From Octopus sinensis (taxonomy: Eukaryota): a DNA stretch of 24,969 nt. Shown here one piece after another: positions 19,174-24,969 of this stretch; the first letter of the stretch is position 1; every line of letters starts with the position of its first letter. The position numbers and the translations under genes are program-made. The stretch covers positions 1-24,969 of the forward strand of contig NW_021836196.1 in NCBI RefSeq assembly GCF_006345805.1. Direction: 5' to 3'. Below the pieces are notes generated by a model. That model had not been told where the DNA came from. It saw only the letters and a program-made list of their open reading frames with translations, and did no database searches.

Positions 19174-21543
19174 ATGGCAGATATGTTTGTAGCAATTTGC
19201 ATACTTCTCTCTTGTATGCATTGTAGTCTGTGTAAAGACATTACCTTTCATGTAAAGGAGGAGAATGTTCCTTACTATTTCATAGGTGACATTGCTACTG
19301 AAACTCTTGTCACCAAAACTCTTTTAACTGACGATGCCAGTCTCTTCACATTTAATCAACTTAAACAGAAAGGAACTCAACTGTTTAATGTAACAAAAGA
19401 AGGAAAATTGTACACAGCTCAAACTTTGGATGCCGAAGTTTTGTGTCGATATAACACTGAATGTTACAGAACTGTGAAAGTTGCTATCCATAAACATAAA
19501 ACATTTATGAAGATCTTAAAGATTAAAGTCATAATAGAAGACACCAATGACCACCAACCTGAGTTTCCTCAGAAAGAAATCACTCTACATTTTAGGGAAG
19601 CAGATGGTAAAGGTATGAAGAAGGCTATACCTAATGCTGTTGATAAAGATGTTGGATATCAGAACAGGCTGATTAATTATAAATTGAGAAATAATTCTGT
19701 GAAATTTGTGCTGTCTGTTTCTAAAAGAGTGGATGGAATATCCAGATTGGAAATTGTTTTGAATGAAAAATTAGACAGAGAGCAAAAAGATATCTATCAT
19801 GTTCAGGTATCAGCTACAGATGGGGGATCCCCACCTAAAGAATGTGTCTTAAAGATAACAATAATAGTAGAAGATGAGAATGATAATTTACCTCTTTTCT
19901 CAAATGACCTCTACAATATTTCTATTCAGAATACTTATCAAATATACAAACCGATATTAACTCCTTCTGCAAATGATAAGGATAGTGGTAAAAATGGGAT
20001 GATTTCTTATTATTTTAGTCCAATGACTTCTGATATTGACAAAACATACTTTGGCCTGAATAAAACAACTGGAGATATATTTCTAATTGATGAAATTGAT
20101 ATTGATGAAGAGAGGATTATGTATACACTTTATATAGAAGCCAGGGATGGAGGTTTTCCACCCCTGAGTTCCATAGCAGCTGTCCATGTAAATGTTATCA
20201 ACGAACACAACAAACCCCCAAATATTGATGTGAACTTTATTTCTACACAGAATCACAACACAGCCACCATTCTGGAAGACATCAAAGTTGGTAGTTTCAT
20301 TGCTTATGTGATGGTCACGGACAATGATGTTGGACACAATGGAGAGGTGAACTGTCATATCAAAGACGACACATTCAAACTACAGTCAATGGGATTGAAG
20401 GAATATAAAATAGTTCTAAAGAAAGCAGTAGACAGAGAGACACAGGAACATTATCACTTTACTGTGTCGTGTGAAGATAAAGGATTACCTGCTCTGAAAA
20501 CTGATAAAGATCTGTCAATCCAAGTGTTGGATGTGAATGATGTAGAACCACACTTTACGAAAGACACATTCAAGTTCCTTACCTATGAGAATGACAAAGC
20601 TAATTTCCCTATTGGCTTTATCAATGCTACAGACCCAGATATTGGTAAGGGAGGTGAATTGTCTTATTCTCTGAGAAATAAACAGCAATATCGTCTGCCA
20701 TTCCAGATTATCAACTCTGGCTTTATTTCAACAAACCAGTCTTTAGACAGAGAACACAGAGATTTCTATGAGTTTGAGGTTTTTGTGAAAGACAATGGAA
20801 GCCCATCTCTGAATAACACAGTGAATGTTGAAGTGGAAGTATTGGATAGAAATGATAATGCTCCATATTTTACATTTCCTAGTGTTGACCATTTCACTCT
20901 TAATGTCCACTATCATCCGCAAAGTAAGAACGACATCACAGTTCTGAAAGCATCTGATATAGACAGTCACATGAATGCTTTTCTCAGGTATGAAATCGTT
21001 TCAGGTAACGAGAGACAGTTATTTAAACTGGATTCGTTCACTGGTGTGTTATCTTACTCTCGCACAGTTTACCAAAATGATGCCGGATCATATGAGCTTG
21101 AGTTTGTTGTGAAAGACAGTGGTACTCCAGTTCTGTCAGCAACAACTAGTGTGTCTTTGACACTGACTGTTAGTAACAAGACGTCACCAATGTTCACAGC
21201 TGTGCACCTACCAAGTGATAACACCATAGATGCGACATTGTTGATTATCATTGTAGTAGCAGCTGTGATAGTATCTATAGCTATTGTGGTTTCTATAACC
21301 CTGTGTATTGTGAGATGTAACAATGTGAGAAATAGCTCATCTGAAAGAACAGCAGAAGAGAAACAGGCATACCAATGTCGCAATGAGATGAGACAGTTGA
21401 TCTATCAAGGTAACAACAGTGTACCTGTGATGTCAGGCAATCGAGGAGAGATGTCAGACAGATACGGTCATTCGAGGAGCCATTATTATCCTGAAGACTG
21501 GAAGACATCAACAATGAGTCGGACACTTCAGAAGTCTACAAAG
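19174..21543 (+). CDS. Pcdh: Protocadherin gene 3, large exon (intact, 790 codons)
   Basis: Signal peptide, EC1 with CRYNTEC, six EC repeats and TM. Acceptor ATTTCAG ends 19127; phase-0 donor AAG|GTAAAT at 21544. Confidence 0.95.
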
Positions 21544-21653
21544 GTAAATTGCTATTATGATCTGTGTGTGTGTGTGTGTGTTGTCTCTGAGCACATGGAG
21601 CAGTGTTTTATCTAAACTCTGTTTATGTTGTATTACCTCCTGAAAGTGATGTT

Positions 21654-21934
21654 GAGGGAAGGGTGTGGGCAGGGTAGAAATAGAGGGAGCCAGGGAGGGC
21701 AGCAAGGGGTAGGGAGGGTTGGAAAAAGAGAAAGGAAGTTAGAAATGGAGAAAGAAAGAGGGAGAAGGAAGGCAGGAAGGGGGAAAAGAAGAAAAAGTAA
21801 AAGATAGAAAAGAAGGGTGGGGAGGAAGGATGAAAGAGAGAGGAGAGAGAAGAAAGAAATGAGGAAGTAAGAATTGGAGGGTGGGTGGGAGGAAAGAAGA
21901 AAGGAAGGGATGGAAGGGGACAGGAAAAAGGGAA
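21654..21934 (+). repeat. Purine-rich (GA) low-complexity tract
   Basis: About 280 bp that is mostly G/A on the + strand. Confidence 0.8.
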
Positions 21935-22482
21935 TGCATTGCCAATCTGTTTATATCTGTATAAATGTAATTAGACACCTACTACTGTTGGTAATTTTCT
22001 TTTCTTTCTTTGGACTTTTCCCTTTCTCCTTTCCAATGAAGAGCTATGCTCGAAACGTCAAACTCCCTCTTTTAATCGAGCATTTCTTGTGCACGTCCTC
22101 TTGTTATCGATTAATTTGACTTGTTTATTTGAATTGACTGTGTATATATATATATATGTATACTTCCAAGTAAGTTTATCTTAACATATATGTACATATA
22201 TACACATACATACATTCATATACATATATATACATATACATATATTAGAAGAAATGAGGTACCCAGAAATCCGGATGGTTTTAGATTTACAGATATTTAT
22301 TTGTATGTTACATGTTTTTATAAATCATACATCATATAATAGCGCTTTCTTCCACTCTAGTGGAGTCTTCAAATTGAACTAAGTTTTTCCAGGAGTTTTG
22401 ACTCTTTTTATAGTATTATTGAGTGTGTCGTGGTGGAGGGAGATATAAGATAGTACAAGAGGGTGAGGAATGGGGAGAAAGT

Positions 22483-22860
22483 GAGAGAGATCATGTGTGT
22501 GTGTATGTGTGCGTGTGTGTGCCTGTGTGTGTGTATGTGTGTTTTTGTATCTGAAACGTGTGTTAAAGAAAAAGAAGGAAAGAAAGAAAAGGTAGAGAAA
22601 GAAGAAAAAATTTTTGTTGATCTCTTTGCAGCTGGTTAGGTTGTCAATAATAATTTATTCTTGGCTTTTAGTAATGGCAAATCCAGCTGTTTACTCCAAG
22701 GGGGGCAAAATGTCACTTTTCAAAAAATTGTCTGGATTTCCTTTTTGTCATTGTCTTGTGAGAGAGTGTGTGTGTGTGTTTGTGCATGTGTGTGTGTGTT
22801 TGTATCTGAAAATGGTGTTAAAGAAAAAGAAAGAAAGGAAGAAGGAGAGAAAATTTGTGA
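22483..22860 (+). repeat. Local imperfect direct duplication of a ~100-130 bp (TG)n + GA-rich unit
   Basis: gagagag..(tg)n..tttgtatctgaaa..gtgttaaagaaaaagaa occurs at ~22483-22615 and ~22758-22860. Confidence 0.65.
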
Positions 22861-22940
22861 TTTACTTTGCATTGTTTTGGCCTTACCCATGATCTTTTAT
22901 ACAATATATTCTACACAATGCTTCACAGTAATTATTCCGT

Positions 22941-22946
22941 TATATA

Positions 22947-22977
<31 letters not shown>

Positions 22978-23164
22978 ATGTATGTATGTATGTATATGTA
23001 TGTATGTATATATATGTATATATATGTTTGTATATATATGTTTGTATATATATGTATATATGTATGTGTATATATGTATGTATATATATGTATATATATA
23101 TATATATACATATATATGAATGTATATATATGTATGTATATATATATATATGTATATATGTATG

Positions 23165-23195
<31 letters not shown>

Positions 23196-23377
23196 GTATA
23201 TGTATATATATATGTATATGTATATGTATATGTATATATATGTATATGTATATATATATGTATATGTATATATATATATATGTATATGTATATATATATG
23301 TATATGTATATATATTGTATATGTATATATATATGTATATATATATATATATATTGTATATGTATATATTATATATG

Positions 23378-23414
<37 letters not shown>

Positions 23415-23568
23415 GTATATTTATATATATGTATATATATATGTATATTTATATATATGTATATATATATGTATATATATATATATGTGTATATATATAT
23501 ATATATATGCATATTTATATATGTGTATATATATATATGCATATTTATATATATGTATATATATATGT

Positions 23569-23625
<57 letters not shown>

Positions 23626-23714
23626 TATATATATATATATCATCATCATCGTTTAACGTCCGCTTTCCATTGTATATATATATGTGTATATGTATATATA
23701 TATATATGTGTGTG

Positions 23715-23746
<32 letters not shown>

Positions 23747-23770
23747 CATACTTGTATACACACATACTGT

Positions 23771-23809
<39 letters not shown>

Positions 23810-23820
23810 GTACATACACA
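22941..23820. repeat. Large compound (TA)n/(TATATG)n microsatellite
   Basis: About 880 bp of TA/TG repeats, which generates the spurious YI-rich ORFs; interrupted by a retroposon stub at 23641-23670. Confidence 0.95.
23641..23670 (-). mobile_element. Retroposon 3'-terminal stub inside the microsatellite
   Basis: catcatcatcgtttaacgtccgctttccat matches the terminus at 5489-5520. Confidence 0.65.
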
Positions 23821-24725
23821 CCATTAACCACCTCTTATATGATATCACCACTATCTACCCATTTGTATACGGCATTAACCATATCTACCTGGTTATATCT
23901 GATATCCTTGCTAGTTGAAGAATGCTAGACAGATTCAGATTCTGTGTTGTAATTCTGGGGTCTTTTAGCTTAGAAAGGTCATACACTGTCAACATTAATG
24001 GGGAAATTCAATTTCCTGTTTGTATTGATATCTGGAAGTAATGGTGGAAGGGGAATAACTATCTCTGCAAGGGAATGATGGGGAGGTGGGTGTGGACTGA
24101 ATCAGCTGAAGATGTCCGAGGCAGGGTTAAGGGAAGGAAAATATGAGTCATACAAGGAATCTATTAAATAGTTGTTAGAGGAAATTACTTATTTTACTGT
24201 GATTAGAGCTGCAGGAACTGTGGTTCTCTCTGTTGTCATTTCTCTAGTCTTAAATAAAGCTGAAGATAAGAAAACTGAAAAGTGAAGGGGAAAGGGCCTG
24301 GAATTGTTTCTCAAAAACGATTATTTTGTATTTAATGAATACAAATGATTATAAACGAATTATTATATGGATTGCTAAACATGAGTCACTCCGATGAACT
24401 TATTAAGGATAGAAATAAGGAAGAAAAAGAACACTGTTGATCAGACTAAACTTTGGTCATTTCCATTCATTCTGAAGACACGGAATAAATCTACTGCAAC
24501 AAAGAATTTTAGACAACACTCTCTAGTATTGCTTGCCACAGTGAATTTTGTAGGGTTGACCATAGAAGTATCTGTTAAAATTAATATAATATTACTAATA
24601 TTATCAATATTATTAACACAGTTTTTTTTAAATTTAATGGTGTGGTCTGGAAGTAGGGGCTGTGTTTACGGCCTATGTTTGTATTATGCCATACCCACTG
24701 ATAAATGCCTTTTATTACTCATCAG

Positions 24726-24876
24726 AAATACAGTCAACCCATTGAGGTGACATCTTATGGAGACAACAGACCGTCTTCTAACTATCCCACCGACACATTG
24801 ACCAGTCGTAAGAGCAGTGGACAGTGCTGGAGTGAGCGGTCAAGTAGACAGTATGAAGAAATACCAGCAATGTCAG
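24726..24876 (+). CDS. Pcdh: Pcdh gene 3 exon B (gene continues beyond the window)
   Basis: Single acceptor CATCAG ends 24725. Same peptide as the other exon B copies minus the first Gln. Donor G|GTAAGA at 24877. Confidence 0.9.
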
Positions 24877-24969
24877 GTAAGAGACTTTGTAATTTCTTCT
24901 TTTCATATAAGTGGTATTACTAAAGAGTTTTTGAAAATTTTAAAGAAACATATTTTCTAGTCTCGTGTA

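Noticed and set aside
21625-22119. Short ORFs over the purine-rich tract, and other 60-120 aa intronic/intergenic ORFs
   Set aside because: Low-complexity or repeat-derived, with no recognisable domain or splice context.
22661-23928. Long Y/I/M-rich ORFs up to 316 aa
   Set aside because: Translations of the TA/TG microsatellite.
1-24969. CRISPR array, rRNA, true tRNA genes or a vertebrate-style single shared constant region
   Set aside because: No repeat-spacer array or rRNA-like sequence; the tRNA-like segments are SINE heads; each gene carries its own cytoplasmic exons.

Overview
AT-rich animal genomic DNA, most likely a coleoid cephalopod (Octopus-like, inferred from the repeat content and gene architecture). 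It holds three head-to-tail protocadherin (Pcdh) genes on the + strand. Each has one large exon (signal peptide, 6 cadherin EC repeats, TM, proximal tail; ATG at 350, 10915, 19174) preceded by a splice acceptor. This is followed by its own 151-154 bp cytoplasmic exon B (3623, 14729, 24726) and, for genes 1 and 2, a terminal coding exon C (7421, 14969). Gene 1 has four small indels in simple-repeat contexts (pseudogene or, more likely, sequencing error). Main points: (1) EC4-to-tail and exon B are about 98-99% identical among the genes by manual comparison while EC2-EC3 diverge, with switches at domain and splice boundaries (gene-conversion mosaic). (2) A conserved cassette (146 bp block plus a ~170 bp exon that is 158/159 identical, with a GTAAGT donor) lies between consecutive genes; it is probably the leader exon/promoter of the next gene but is also in phase as an alternative tail of the previous one. 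(3) The tail carries QYEEIP (Src-family SH2 consensus) and RQLP[S/A]TP (class I SH3 ligand). Introns and spacers contain SINEs, RTE and RLE-type LINE remnants, a piggyBac-like MITE, a long foldback and large microsatellites. All alignments were done by eye; no database searches were run.
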